Assembly (NCBI GenBank): GCA_964427875.1
Contig: CAYRVX010000003.1
Span: 46,910-110,909 of the forward strand
Direction: 5' to 3'
DNA: 64,000 bases
DNA from: an uncultured Planctomycetaceae bacterium
GTDB lineage: Bacteria > Planctomycetota > Phycisphaerae > SM23-33
Below the pieces are notes generated by a model. That model saw nothing but the letters and a program-made list of their open reading frames with translations, made no database searches and had not been told where the DNA came from. Position numbers and translations under genes: made by a program. Below are positions 18,184 through 28,225 of the stretch, piece by piece. Each line of letters starts with the position of its first letter. Positions within the stretch are counted from its first letter, which is position 1.

Positions 18184-20199
18184 TCACGACTCGCTGCCGG
18201 CGAAGCCGAGGTACTCGTCGAGCCAGTCGTCGGTCCGCAGAACGCCCTTCCGCTGCCGCAGCGCCAGCCGCTCGGCCTTGCCCTGGGAGACGTCAAACAA
18301 CTTGCGGAGAACGCGGGAGGAGATCTCCCGCTCGGTCTTGCCGTGCCGCTTCTTCAGCGGGGCCGTCAGGTGGGGGGAGTACCGCTTCACGAGCTCGTCT
18401 TCCAGGCACACGATCGCGCCGGCCGTGCCCGGGTCGCCCTGCCTGGCCGAGCGGCCGTAAAGCTGGCGGTCGATCCGGCCCGATTCGTGCCGTTCGGTGG
18501 CCAGCACGTGCAGGCCGCCCCGTTCCGCCACGCCCCGCCCGAGCTTGATGTCCGTGCCGCGCCCGGCCATGTTCGTCGCCACCGTGATGCGCCCGGGCTG
18601 GCCGGCCTGCGCGACGATCTGCGCCTCCTCCTTGTGGCGAACGGCGTTGAGGACCTGGTGCTCGAGGTCCTCTGTCTCGAGCATGCGGCTGAGAAGCTCG
18701 CTCGCCCGGACGCTGCGTGTGCCGACGAGAACGGGCCGGCCGGTCTCGTGGACCCGGCGGATCTCGCCAACGATCGCCTTCCACTTGGCCTGCTGCGTGG
18801 CGTAGACGCGGTCGGCGGCGTACTTTCGGATGCACGGCCGGTTGGTCGGGATGATCACCGTGGGGCGGTGGTAGATCTGCCAGAACTCCCGCCAGGCCTC
18901 GACCGCCGTACCCGTCATGCCCGCGAGCTTGCGGTACAGGCGGAAGAACCGCTGAAAGCTGATTCGGGCGTACGTGTCCTTCGGCGGGTTGACCTCGAGG
19001 GTCTCCTTGGCCTCGATGGCCTGGTGCAGCCCGTCGCGCCAGGTGCGGTCGGGCATGAGGCGCCCGGTGAACTCGTCCACGATGACGACCTTGCCCTCGT
19101 CGATGATGTACTGCTTGTCGAGGACGAACAGCTCGCGGGCGCTGAGGGCCTGGATGACCAGCTCCTCTCGCCGCCGCTTGCCGGACCAGATCCCTCCAAA
19201 GGATGCGGCGAGCCGCTCGAGCTTCCTCTTGCCGGCGGGCGTCAGGTCCACCTCCCGGTAGCGATGGTTGACCCGGTAGTCCGTGCCGCGGAGGAACTGG
19301 GAGGCGATCTCGGCGGCCTGGTTGAAGGCCTCGACCTGCTCGGCGTTGGGCGCGTCGCCGGAGATGATCAGCGGCGTGACCGCCTCGTCGATGAGGACCG
19401 AGTCGGCCTCGTCCACGATCGCGTAGTTCACCCCGCGCATGACGAGCCGGTCCGTGCCCGTCCCGGCGCCCTGGGCGATCTTGGTCAGCAGGGCCATCGG
19501 AAGCCCCCGCAGCGACCCCAGCGCGAGGCGGTCGCGGAGGAAATCGGCGGTGACCTCCTTGTTCGTGCAGTAGGTGATGTCGGCCCGGTAAGCACGGCGG
19601 CGGTCCACAGGGGACATCTTCTGCTCGATGTGCGCGGCGGAGAGCCCGCAGAAGGCGTAGATCTTCCCCATCCATTCCGCGTCGCGCTTTGCGAGGTAGT
19701 CGTTGACGGTGATGATGTGGCAGCCCCGGCCGCGCCAGCCGGCGATGGTGGCCGGCAGCGTCGCCGTCAACGTCTTGCCCTCGCCGGTGGCCATCTCGGT
19801 GATGCAGCCGGCGTCCAGCGCCAGCGCGCCGGCAATCTGGACGGGAAAGTGCTTCTCCCCGATCTGCCGGCTGGCGACCTCGCGGACCAGGGCGAACGCG
19901 CGGTGAAGCTGCTGGCGCGTCTCCCTGCCGCGAAGGAACAGCTCGCGGAACGCGCCGGCTTGCTCCTTGAGCTTCGCGTCGCTCATCTCGGCGTAGAGCT
20001 TCTCGTGCCTCAGCACGTGCTTGGCCATCGAGAGGAACCGCTGGCGGCGCGGGGCGAGCTTCCCGGCGATCCCCGCGGCGGCGTCCCACACGGCGTCGAG
20101 CCCCTTGGGCAACTCGTCGCTGCGGGAGCGGTTGGCGAGCATCCGCCAGGTTGTGCTGGGGATCTGCGTCACGTCAGATCTGGAACCTCCGTTGGACAA
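18184..20199 (-). CDS. SecA paralogue (DEAD-motor NBD1-PPXD-NBD2), lacking the C-terminal HWD/CTL of canonical SecA
   Basis: Near-collinear SecA motifs: GEGKTLTATLPA, TVNDYLAKRDAEWMG, VDEADSVLIDEA(V)TPLIISG, KLAGMTGTA, VLVGT, VATNMAGRGTDIKL, GGLHVLATERHESGRIDRQLYGRSARQGDPG. Only ~670 aa. Its start overlaps the upstream M50-HlyD gene end by 26 nt. Confidence 0.8.
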   Translation of the reverse strand: MSNGGSRSDVTQIPSTTWRMLANRSRSDELPKGLDAVWDAAAGIAGKLAPRRQRFLSMAKHVLRHEKLYAEMSDAKLKEQAGAFRELFLRGRETRQQLHRAFALVREVASRQIGEKHFPVQIAGALALDAGCITEMATGEGKTLTATLPATIAGWRGRGCHIITVNDYLAKRDAEWMGKIYAFCGLSAAHIEQKMSPVDRRRAYRADITYCTNKEVTADFLRDRLALGSLRGLPMALLTKIAQGAGTGTDRLVMRGVNYAIVDEADSVLIDEAVTPLIISGDAPNAEQVEAFNQAAEIASQFLRGTDYRVNHRYREVDLTPAGKRKLERLAASFGGIWSGKRRREELVIQALSARELFVLDKQYIIDEGKVVIVDEFTGRLMPDRTWRDGLHQAIEAKETLEVNPPKDTYARISFQRFFRLYRKLAGMTGTAVEAWREFWQIYHRPTVIIPTNRPCIRKYAADRVYATQQAKWKAIVGEIRRVHETGRPVLVGTRSVRASELLSRMLETEDLEHQVLNAVRHKEEAQIVAQAGQPGRITVATNMAGRGTDIKLGRGVAERGGLHVLATERHESGRIDRQLYGRSARQGDPGTAGAIVCLEDELVKRYSPHLTAPLKKRHGKTEREISSRVLRKLFDVSQGKAERLALRQRKGVLRTDDWLDEYLGFAGSES

Positions 20200-22774
20200 G
20201 CTGGAGGATGGAGCGGTACCACTGGCCGGCCAGCGGGCGGCTCGGCATCTCGACGCGGACGACGACCCGCTGACCGCTGAGAAGCGGGCATCTGCCCCGC
20301 CAGGCGCTGTCCGGGTCGGCCACCGGATCGGACACGATGCGGATCTCGAAGAACCGCTCGGTGGCCTTCTTGCCGCGCGGGTCTTTCGGGTCGGTCTGGA
20401 TGGACCCCCCCGCGGCGTAGCCCAGCGCGGCGGAGGGGAGCTGCTCCCTTCCGGCCTCTATGATCTGGCGGATTCGGCCGGTCATGGGCGGATCGGGCAG
20501 GCCCTTGATGCGGATCTCGATCCCGCGCCAGGGCACCTTTCGGCGGGCGAGCACCTGGGCGTACTCCCGCCCGTTGATGCGGACGATGGCCAGGTCCTCG
20601 ATGGCCTGGTGGTCACGGGGGACCTCCCCGAGGCGGATGTGGACGGTGTGGAGCTTCTCTCCTGCGGCGGGCTCGGCGGACTGGCCGGCGTTCGAGTCCG
20701 CGGCCGGGCGAGGGGTGAGTGAGGCGTTGGGATCGGCGTTGGCGTCGACGGCCTTGGCGCCGAGACCGGCGTCTTCCGGCTCGATCCGCTGCACGACGAA
20801 GCCGACAGGCTCGTCGGGGCGGCCGGCCAGGATGAGTTGGCCGGTCAACTCCTCCTGCTTCGCGGCGGCTGTCCGCAGCGCCGCCCGGATGTCGGCGGCG
20901 GCCTCGGCGGGGAGGTGAAGCTCATAGAGGTCGGTAGGCCGGCCAAGCAGCATGTCGGCCACCTCTTGCCTCGCCGTGGCGCGGATGATGACCTCCCGGC
21001 TTGCGACGAGCCCGATCTGGTCGCCCCGGCGGAGGTACGCCCCGCGGGCGCGGTCGATCTTCGGGGCGATCCATTCGCCGTCCAGCCCGGCGCGGATGAC
21101 CAGGTCCTCGCGCTTCTCCTCGACGCGGTGGATCCGCTCGTCGAGCGCGGCGATCCGCTCGGCGAGGATCTGGGCGGCCGCGACGTCCTGAGTCTGGGCG
21201 AGCAGGCGCTGGGCCACGAGCTGGCGCCGCTCGGCCAGGAACTGCTCGTGCTGGGCAAGGAGCTCGGGGCTTTCCCCCGTCAGCAGCGGCTCGCCGTCGC
21301 GCTTGACCGGCCGGCCGGAACCCAACGTGCCCGTCACGAAGCCGTCGGTGGCGGCGTGGACGATCTGGAGGCGCTGCGGCTCGACCACGCCGTCGAGGCG
21401 GAACCGGTCCGGCGCGGGGACGAAGCCGATGCCGCCGACGATCAGTCCCAGGACCAGGAAGGTGGTGGCCATCGCGCGGGCCCGGACGCGGGTCAGCTCG
21501 CCGCTCGTGGCCAGGTACCGGAAGAACTTGCCCAGCGGTACGAGCACCCAGGTCACCGCCGCGGCCGTCGCCAGGATCACACCCAACATGAACAGCTTGC
21601 TCGCGACGAACAGGAGAATCCGCACGCAGATGAACACGCGGTAGAGGGTCGAGGCGATGCCGTAGAAGACGAACCATGCCTTCTCGCCGCGGGTGTGGGC
21701 GGGGTTGCGCGCCTGGCGAACGTTCCAGACGTACTTCTTGACCAGGTAGTAGATGTACTGCTTGGATCGCTGGGCAAGGTTGGGGATCTCCAGGATGTCC
21801 GAGAGGATGTAGTACCCGTCGTATCGCAGCAGCGGGTTGGCGTTGAAGAGGATCGTCGAGACGCTGGCGATGAACATCGCGTTGTAGCAGATGGTTCGCA
21901 GCGTGCCCTTGCCGACGTGGGCCCACACGATCGCCGCGACGGCCGCCAGCGCCAGCTCGATGATCATGCCCCCGCAACTGACGGTGATCCGCTGGCGCCG
22001 CGACCGGAACGCCCACGCGCTGGAGGCGTCCATGTACGGCATCGGCGTGAACACCAGGAACATGATGCCCATCACGTGGACTTCTCCCCCCGTGCCCGTC
22101 CGCCGGCCGAACGTCTTGCACATGAACGCGTGGCCAAATTCGTGGCAGACCTTGATCAGCACGAAGCTCAGGTACAGGAACGGCAGGTTCTCGACGTCCA
22201 GCACGTTCTCGGCCCGGCTGGACAGGTCGGACCAGTTCTCGATGACGAAGTACAGGCCCGTGCCGATCAGCCCCAGCCAGAGCAGAAAGCCGAACCACGT
22301 GAACAGCCAGGATATCGCGCCGACCCAGGCGTTCAGGAAGTTGTCCGGGTCGATCAGGGGGATGCGGATGAACAGGAGGTTCATCAGGTAGCCCTGGACC
22401 TCCCGGCGGACGCGTTTCTGGTAGCGTTTGAACAGCCCCTCCGCGTCGGGCGGCAGCTCGGCGTGCAGCAGGTTGGACGTGTAGAGCTGCCCGAGCAGTT
22501 GGATGGCCTCGCCCTGGGTGGGGGCGCCGTCGCCCAACTGGTCGGAGCAGATCCGCCAGACCTGCGCGACGGTCCTCCGCCCGTCCAGGAGGGACACGAA
22601 GCGATACGCCGCCTCGTTCAACCGGAAGTACTGGTTGCTGGAGGGGTCCTGGAGGACGTGCCACATCCGCCCCCGGTAGTGCTGGCGGTGGACCTGAACG
22701 GTGGTCCTCAGCCGCGGAGACAGCTCCGCGACACGGTACCACGATTCGCTGAATGTGGGGCGGTCAACAGGCAC
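20174..22774 (-). CDS. Tri-domain membrane protein: PqqD-like (RRE) domain + M50/site-2-protease-type zinc metalloprotease + HlyD-family periplasmic adaptor
   Basis: N-terminus YFRLNEAAYRFVSLLDGRRTVAQV (cf. PqqD KLNETAAAILELVDGRRDVAAI). An HEFGHA zinc motif in a TM helix plus NANPLLRYDGYY (S2P N..P....DG). A C-terminal coiled coil and beta-barrel typical of HlyD (RIHRVEEKREDL..., SPIDG-like). Confidence 0.75.
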   Translation of the reverse strand: MPVDRPTFSESWYRVAELSPRLRTTVQVHRQHYRGRMWHVLQDPSSNQYFRLNEAAYRFVSLLDGRRTVAQVWRICSDQLGDGAPTQGEAIQLLGQLYTSNLLHAELPPDAEGLFKRYQKRVRREVQGYLMNLLFIRIPLIDPDNFLNAWVGAISWLFTWFGFLLWLGLIGTGLYFVIENWSDLSSRAENVLDVENLPFLYLSFVLIKVCHEFGHAFMCKTFGRRTGTGGEVHVMGIMFLVFTPMPYMDASSAWAFRSRRQRITVSCGGMIIELALAAVAAIVWAHVGKGTLRTICYNAMFIASVSTILFNANPLLRYDGYYILSDILEIPNLAQRSKQYIYYLVKKYVWNVRQARNPAHTRGEKAWFVFYGIASTLYRVFICVRILLFVASKLFMLGVILATAAAVTWVLVPLGKFFRYLATSGELTRVRARAMATTFLVLGLIVGGIGFVPAPDRFRLDGVVEPQRLQIVHAATDGFVTGTLGSGRPVKRDGEPLLTGESPELLAQHEQFLAERRQLVAQRLLAQTQDVAAAQILAERIAALDERIHRVEEKREDLVIRAGLDGEWIAPKIDRARGAYLRRGDQIGLVASREVIIRATARQEVADMLLGRPTDLYELHLPAEAAADIRAALRTAAAKQEELTGQLILAGRPDEPVGFVVQRIEPEDAGLGAKAVDANADPNASLTPRPAADSNAGQSAEPAAGEKLHTVHIRLGEVPRDHQAIEDLAIVRINGREYAQVLARRKVPWRGIEIRIKGLPDPPMTGRIRQIIEAGREQLPSAALGYAAGGSIQTDPKDPRGKKATERFFEIRIVSDPVADPDSAWRGRCPLLSGQRVVVRVEMPSRPLAGQWYRSILQLVQRRFQI

Positions 22775-22806
22775 GATCAGCCCTCATTTCACCGGCCGTC
22801 GCGTAT

Positions 22807-25149
22807 CTACAGCCACAGCTTCATCCGGACCCAGTTGACCAGCCGGCGAGTCCAGATGTACCCGTAGCTCCGCCAATCGATGTCGATCTTGCCGACCCCC
22901 TCCATGCCCGGGCGGAGGATCTGGCGCGTCGCCGCCAGCCGGACCCGGACCTTGAAGACGTTCTCCTGCTCGACCACCTCGGCCACCGGATTAATCCGCT
23001 CGACGGTGAAGGCGATGCGTTCCTCCGGCAGGGCCGTGGTGGCCAGCTTGCCGGTGAGCTCCCTGTTCTCCCGCCGGGCCCTCTCCAGGGCGAGCTGGAC
23101 GTCGCCGATGAGGTCCTCCCGCACGGACAGCTCGCCTCGAAGGTCGGCGAGCGAGGCGATCTCAAACAGGACGTCGCCGGTCTTGACCGGCGCGCCGAGC
23201 TGGCGCTGGAGGTCGCCGGAGACGACATACCCGTCGATGGGCGAGACGAGCACGGCCTGGGCGATCCGGTGTTCGAGCAGCTTGATTCGCGCGGCGACCT
23301 GTTCGGCCTGGGCGCGGGCGATCTGGCTCTCGGCCCGCTTGTCTTCCCGCATGGCGGCGTCCGCCTGCTTGAGGTATGCCAGCTTCTCGGCCTCGGCCGA
23401 CATCAACTGGAGCCTGAGGTCCGCCGTCTCGAGCGTCCCCAGGACGGTCGGGCCCGGCGAGATCCTGCCGCGGAAGGCCGCGGCCAGGAGCGAGCGGTTC
23501 AGCTCCACCAGCCGGACGCCGCGCAGCGTGCCGGCCTCCAGCGCCGCCAGGAGGTCCTTGCGGCGCTCGGTCAGCTTGACATGCCGCCACGCGTCGGCGC
23601 TGTAGAACGTTCGCGTCGCCAGCAGCGCGTTCAGGTCGGCGAGCACGGCGGCGCGGGTGGCCTCGTCGATGCCCGCGATGGCGAGCTTGACCGCCTCGTT
23701 CGGGTCGACGGGCGCCGCCGATTCCACGGCCCGGCGAGTCTCTTCGCTCAGCAGCGACCAGACGTGCTTGCCGACGGAAGGCGCCTCGGCCGCCGCCCGG
23801 GCGCGGATCCCGGTCAGCAGGCCGGGCCAGTCCGAAACGTGGTGGTCCTCCAGAAGCCAGGACGGCTCGTCCGTCTTCGCGCCGCTGACCATGTCGCCCG
23901 GGAGGACGTACGCCCGCTTGAGGTAACCCTCGAACGGGGTGGGCACGACCTGCTGCGTGGTGGCCTCGAGCACGAAAGACGCCTCGGCGCGGTACTTCCC
24001 CTTGGCCAGGATGAGGAACAGGATCAGCGCGCAGATGGCGATGCCGGCGACCTTGATCCAGGTGTGTTTGGGTCCCAGTATGGTGGCGAGGCCGCTTCTT
24101 GCGGCCGCGGCGGCGCGGGCGCCGAACCAGCGGTCCTGTTTGTGGAGGCCCGCCAGCCGGGGGGTGCACAGGTCGCAGGCCAGCCGAAGCGACTCCACCT
24201 CATCGAACGCGAACGGCTCCTCGGCGAGACGTTCAAGCGTCAGCACGGCGGCGACGTCCTGGTCCCGCCGCAGCGGGAGGCCCAGAATCGCCGTCGGGCC
24301 GTGCTTCTTGGAAAGCTCTCTCGTGGCGCGGTTGACGAACGTTGTGCCCTGCGGAGCCGGACACAAGACCTCCACGTCCTGGTCCAGGGTCTCTTCCATC
24401 GCCGCCTCGATGTCCTGAACGAGCTGCATCTTGCGGCTGAACTTCTCGGTGTGGCTCATGGCCTTCAGATGGACGTACCGCCCCTTGAGGAAGCCCAGCG
24501 AGACCCGGTCGCAGTGCCAGCGGCTGGAGACCTCGTTGCACATGGCCATGGCCGCCCCCTTGAACCGGTCCTGCTCGTTGACGGCGGCGGTCGTCTCCAT
24601 GGCCAGCCGCAGGCGCATGAGGTCTCCCTGGCGCTGCTGAAGCGTCAGCCGCATCTCGTAAAGGCTCAGGAGGCTGACGGTCAGTTCCAGCCGCTGCTGC
24701 GTGGCGGCGAGCACGGCCGAGTCACTGCTGGCGACGACAAAGGTCGCCAGCCCCAGCACGCCGCTGCCGCCTCGCAGCGGGACCATGACCAGGTGCCTGC
24801 TGGCGGGCTGGCCGTACAGGTCGTCCGGCCCGTGGACGGGCTTGATGGTGGTCTTGCTCCCCGCGACGACGGCCGGTGCGGATTCAGCCGACTGGGCCAG
24901 CCAGACCGGCGCGGTCGAGCCGGGGGCCGGCTGGGGGTACACCGCCAGGATCTCCACTTGCTGATCGGCGCCGATCCGGAGAATCGCGCCGCCGTTGGCG
25001 GCGGCCAGGTGGCACTGAACGGCCAGCAGATTGACGAGGAACTGCTCCGGCGGGCCGTCGAATCGGCTAAGCCTCTCGATCATCTCGACCATCGTGGGCC
25101 GCTGCTGATCGGAGGATTCGTCGGAAACTCGAGCGGGATTGATGGTCAT
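22807..25149 (-). CDS. GAF-domain(s) + TM + HlyD-family membrane-fusion protein
   Basis: Two cytoplasmic GAF-like regions in ~1-400 aa. A TM helix IKVAGIAICALILFLILA. Then HlyD-like coiled coil/barrel: VSPIDGYVVSGDL, GDVLFEIASL. Confidence 0.7.
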   Translation of the reverse strand: MTINPARVSDESSDQQRPTMVEMIERLSRFDGPPEQFLVNLLAVQCHLAAANGGAILRIGADQQVEILAVYPQPAPGSTAPVWLAQSAESAPAVVAGSKTTIKPVHGPDDLYGQPASRHLVMVPLRGGSGVLGLATFVVASSDSAVLAATQQRLELTVSLLSLYEMRLTLQQRQGDLMRLRLAMETTAAVNEQDRFKGAAMAMCNEVSSRWHCDRVSLGFLKGRYVHLKAMSHTEKFSRKMQLVQDIEAAMEETLDQDVEVLCPAPQGTTFVNRATRELSKKHGPTAILGLPLRRDQDVAAVLTLERLAEEPFAFDEVESLRLACDLCTPRLAGLHKQDRWFGARAAAAARSGLATILGPKHTWIKVAGIAICALILFLILAKGKYRAEASFVLEATTQQVVPTPFEGYLKRAYVLPGDMVSGAKTDEPSWLLEDHHVSDWPGLLTGIRARAAAEAPSVGKHVWSLLSEETRRAVESAAPVDPNEAVKLAIAGIDEATRAAVLADLNALLATRTFYSADAWRHVKLTERRKDLLAALEAGTLRGVRLVELNRSLLAAAFRGRISPGPTVLGTLETADLRLQLMSAEAEKLAYLKQADAAMREDKRAESQIARAQAEQVAARIKLLEHRIAQAVLVSPIDGYVVSGDLQRQLGAPVKTGDVLFEIASLADLRGELSVREDLIGDVQLALERARRENRELTGKLATTALPEERIAFTVERINPVAEVVEQENVFKVRVRLAATRQILRPGMEGVGKIDIDWRSYGYIWTRRLVNWVRMKLWL

Positions 25150-25160
25150 CTGCTGCTATC

Positions 25161-26075
25161 TCATCTTGTCGGCCGCGCCGCGACCTCCCCGGCCTTCGAG
25201 CCGCCGGGCGAAGCCGTCCTCTTCCCGCCGGGAAAGCTGACGTACACGCGCTCGCCCGCCGGCCTGCCGGTGGAATTCGGCGCCTCGACCCGGACCGTCA
25301 GGGTGCCGCTGGCAGCGTCGGCGACGGCGACAATGTGGGCGATCCTCGCATCCACCAGCAGCGGACGGCTGACGTCATCCGTCTCAAACTCCACGACGGC
25401 CTTGCCGCCCTTCTTCAGACGGCGGGCCCGGCCGAGCGGAACGGGAACGTCGACCCAGAGCGGATCGATCTTGACCACGCGAATGACCCGCTCCAGTGCA
25501 TCGACCGACTCGCCTTCCTCCACCAGCCCCTGCGCCAGCGGCTTGCCCGGCCCGGGGAGGGGACGCTCCACCACCCCGTCGATGGGGCTCTTGAGCCGCA
25601 TGCGGGCATGCTGGATGCACGCCTCGCGGTACTTCCGCTGGTCCTGCTTGCGCTGAAACTTGGCCAGGTCCAGCGAGAGCTCGGAGATCTTCACCTCGAG
25701 GACGGCGTGATCGACCTCCATCTTGGTGGCCGCTCCGTTATCGAACGCCCATTCTTTCTGTTTGAGGTCGACTCTTTTCTGGGCGAGTTGGGCTTCGGCG
25801 GCCTTGACGCGGGTCTCGTCTTCGGCCTGGGCCTTTAGCTGTTCGAGCTGCGCCAACTCGGCTTCGTCGTCGAGCCGGATGAGCTCCTGGCCGGCTTTGA
25901 CCTCGTCGCCCTCTTTGACGAGCACCTTGGCGACGCGGCCGGGGCGAATGAACGATAGGGTCGCGTCGCTGCTGGGCTTGGTGAAGGCCTCAATCCGGTC
26001 CTGCCCCCAGAGGCTCGGGCAGGCGCCCAGCGCCACAAGCACAAGACTCAACACGGGGTTCCTTCTCGCTGTCAT
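25161..26075 (-). CDS. HlyD / efflux-adaptor (biotin-lipoyl-like) family protein with signal peptide
   Basis: MTARRNPVLSLVLVALGAC signal. A lipoyl-like KAGQELIRLD, a coiled-coil, and KSPIDGVV. 304 aa. First gene of the 4-gene operon. Confidence 0.7.
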   Translation of the reverse strand: MTARRNPVLSLVLVALGACPSLWGQDRIEAFTKPSSDATLSFIRPGRVAKVLVKEGDEVKAGQELIRLDDEAELAQLEQLKAQAEDETRVKAAEAQLAQKRVDLKQKEWAFDNGAATKMEVDHAVLEVKISELSLDLAKFQRKQDQRKYREACIQHARMRLKSPIDGVVERPLPGPGKPLAQGLVEEGESVDALERVIRVVKIDPLWVDVPVPLGRARRLKKGGKAVVEFETDDVSRPLLVDARIAHIVAVADAASGTLTVRVEAPNSTGRPAGERVYVSFPGGKRTASPGGSKAGEVAARPTR

Positions 26076-26273
26076 GGCGTTTTCATCCTGAAATCATCAG
26101 GGATCGACCGTCCAGATCAGCCCAATACCAGTATCGCCATATCCAAGTGGCAACACAAGGAAAAACATGCCTAAGCCCTGCGTGTGACTGCCGATTGTCT
26201 CTTGGCGGCCGGCGGCGGAAGCGGCCGCGGCCGCTCGCGCAGGCACACCGCCGGTCAGGCGGGAGGGAATCTC

Positions 26274-26303
26274 CTTGACGTCTTTCCGCACCGCACGGCA
26301 TAC
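26274..26303 (+). promoter_or_regulatory. Possible sigma70-type promoter for the sigma54-activator gene
   Basis: TTGACG (26274-26279), an 18-nt spacer, then CATACT (26298-26303). This lies ~45 nt upstream of ATG 26350. Sequence-only guess. Confidence 0.25.
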
Positions 26304-26349
26304 TGACCTGCCGCACGCCGCAAACTCCGCTGCTTCCAGGAATGGCGAG

Positions 26350-27876
26350 ATGATGGTGTCGATCAAACACTTGCCGCCGGAGGCGCTGTCGGCCCTGGTG
26401 GACGCTTCGGCGGCGATCAACTCCGCCCTGGGTCTCGACGAGACGCTGGCGGCGATTGCGCGCGCGGCCGCGTCGGTGATGCGGGCCGAGGCTTCCAGCG
26501 TTATTGTCCTGGACGAGACCCGCGGCAAGCAGGTGTTCCGGGCGGCCGTCGGTGACCGCGCCGATCAGCTCCAGGGCCTGGCCTACGATCGGGCTCTGGG
26601 CATCTCCGGCAAGGTGCTGGTGAGCGGGGAGGCCGAGATCGTTAACGACGTCTCCAAGGAGCGGTCCCATTACCACGAGATCGACGCGCTGGTGGCGTTC
26701 GAGACCCGCAGCCTCATTGCCGCCCCCCTGATCAACAAGGGCCGGACCCTCGGCGTCGTCGAGGTGCTGAACCCGGTGCAGTCCGAGCTGTTCGCCGAAG
26801 AGGACAGGCAGTTGTGCAAGGTCTTTGCCAACCTCGCGGCCATCGCGATGGCCAACGCACAGCTCTACGACCGCATCCAGCGCGAGAACGACCAACTGAA
26901 GCAGACCTACCAGCCGGCCGAGGAGATCGTCGGCATCTCCGCGGGAATGGAGAACGTCAGGAACCTGATCCGCCGGGTCTCGCGCTCGTCGGCCACCGTC
27001 CTGCTGCTGGGCGAGACGGGCACCGGCAAGGAGATCGCCGCCAGGACGGTCCACGCCGAGTCCGACCGGGGGGGCAAGCCCTTCGTGGCCATCAACTGCG
27101 CGGCCCTGCCGGAGACGCTCCTGGAAAGCGAGCTCTTCGGACACGAGGCGGGGGCGTTCACCGGAGCGGTGGAACGAAAGCTCGGCCGCTTCGAGCTGGC
27201 CGAGGGAGGCACGCTGTTCCTCGACGAGATCGCCGAGGTGGCCCCGAGCATCCAGGTGACGTTGCTTCGGGCCCTCCAGGAGAAGGAGATTGTCCGGGTC
27301 GGCGGCACGGAGACGATCGGGTGCGACGTGCGGATCGTCGCGGCGACCAACCGCGACCTCGCCGAGGAGATGAGGGCCCACAGGTTCCGAGAGGACTTGT
27401 ACTACCGGCTGAACGTCTTTCCGATCGAGATCCCCCCCCTCCGGGAACGGAGAGAGGACATCCCGCTGCTGGTGGACCACTTCATCCGTCACGTGGCGTC
27501 CGAGATGAAGATGCCCGTGCCGATTCTCTCCCCCGAGGCCATGACGGCACTGACGCAGTACGATTATCCCGGGAACATCCGGGAGTTGCAGAACATCCTG
27601 GAGCGGGCGTGCCTGCTGTGCTGCCGGATGGACGGCGCCTGGCCGCGGCCCCAGCCGATCGGGCCGGAGCACCTCCCGAGGGAGTTGGCCGGCGAGATCC
27701 AGCCGGGTGCCCCCGGCGAGTCGGCCCTGGCGGCCTCCGAGAAGGGCATGATCGTAAAGGCCCTCCGCGAGAACGCCTGGAACCAGACCAAGGCGGCCAG
27801 GGCCCTCGGCATTACCCGCGACAACATCCGCTACCGGATCCGCAAGTACAAGATACAGCTCCCCCAAAAGGGCTGA
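26350..27876 (+). CDS. Sigma-54-dependent transcriptional activator (GAF sensor + AAA+ sigma54-interaction + Fis-type HTH)
   Basis: GETGTGKE Walker A, the GAFTGA sigma54-contact motif, ELFGHE, and a C-terminal HTH ([22 protein letters not shown]). An N-terminal GAF domain. Start at MMVSIKHL. Confidence 0.88.
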   Translation: MMVSIKHLPPEALSALVDASAAINSALGLDETLAAIARAAASVMRAEASSVIVLDETRGKQVFRAAVGDRADQLQGLAYDRALGISGKVLVSGEAEIVNDVSKERSHYHEIDALVAFETRSLIAAPLINKGRTLGVVEVLNPVQSELFAEEDRQLCKVFANLAAIAMANAQLYDRIQRENDQLKQTYQPAEEIVGISAGMENVRNLIRRVSRSSATVLLLGETGTGKEIAARTVHAESDRGGKPFVAINCAALPETLLESELFGHEAGAFTGAVERKLGRFELAEGGTLFLDEIAEVAPSIQVTLLRALQEKEIVRVGGTETIGCDVRIVAATNRDLAEEMRAHRFREDLYYRLNVFPIEIPPLRERREDIPLLVDHFIRHVASEMKMPVPILSPEAMTALTQYDYPGNIRELQNILERACLLCCRMDGAWPRPQPIGPEHLPRELAGEIQPGAPGESALAASEKGMIVKALRENAWNQTKAARALGITRDNIRYRIRKYKIQLPQKG

Positions 27877-28225
27877 GCGCGTCCTGCCTGCGGGCACGTC
27901 TGCCACGATGGCCCCCGACGACAGATCGTAAAGTCTTTGCTGTAAGTAGCCTGACCTGATTCCTGTCCCGGGCGCCCGGCCCCCTTGCGATTCGCTCGTC
28001 GCTCCCTATCTCCTTGCCCGCGGCTGATTTGAATCGTACTGTTGCTTGTGGCAGCAAGCCGGGCTCCGCGTTACGAAGGCCGGGGTCCTCCGGAGCTTCT
28101 CTCTGAGGCGCCTCAAGAAGCGCCCCCATTGCACCTGCGTGGCGGATCCAGTGTGGATTCCCCGTATTTCGTGCTTTCATCAAGACTTGGCGTTTGGTGC
28201 ACGCATACGCCCCAGGAGTGACCAA

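Noticed and set aside
28150-28225. Sigma54 (-24/-12) promoter upstream of the giant protease gene, and upstream of the HlyD operon (26076-26349, minus strand)
   Set aside because: The best candidate, ttGGcgtttggtGCa, has GG-GC spacing 2 nt shorter than the canonical TGGCAC-N5-TTGC. No clean match was found on the minus strand of 26076-26349. It is therefore not reported as a feature, although sigma54 control remains plausible given the adjacent activator.
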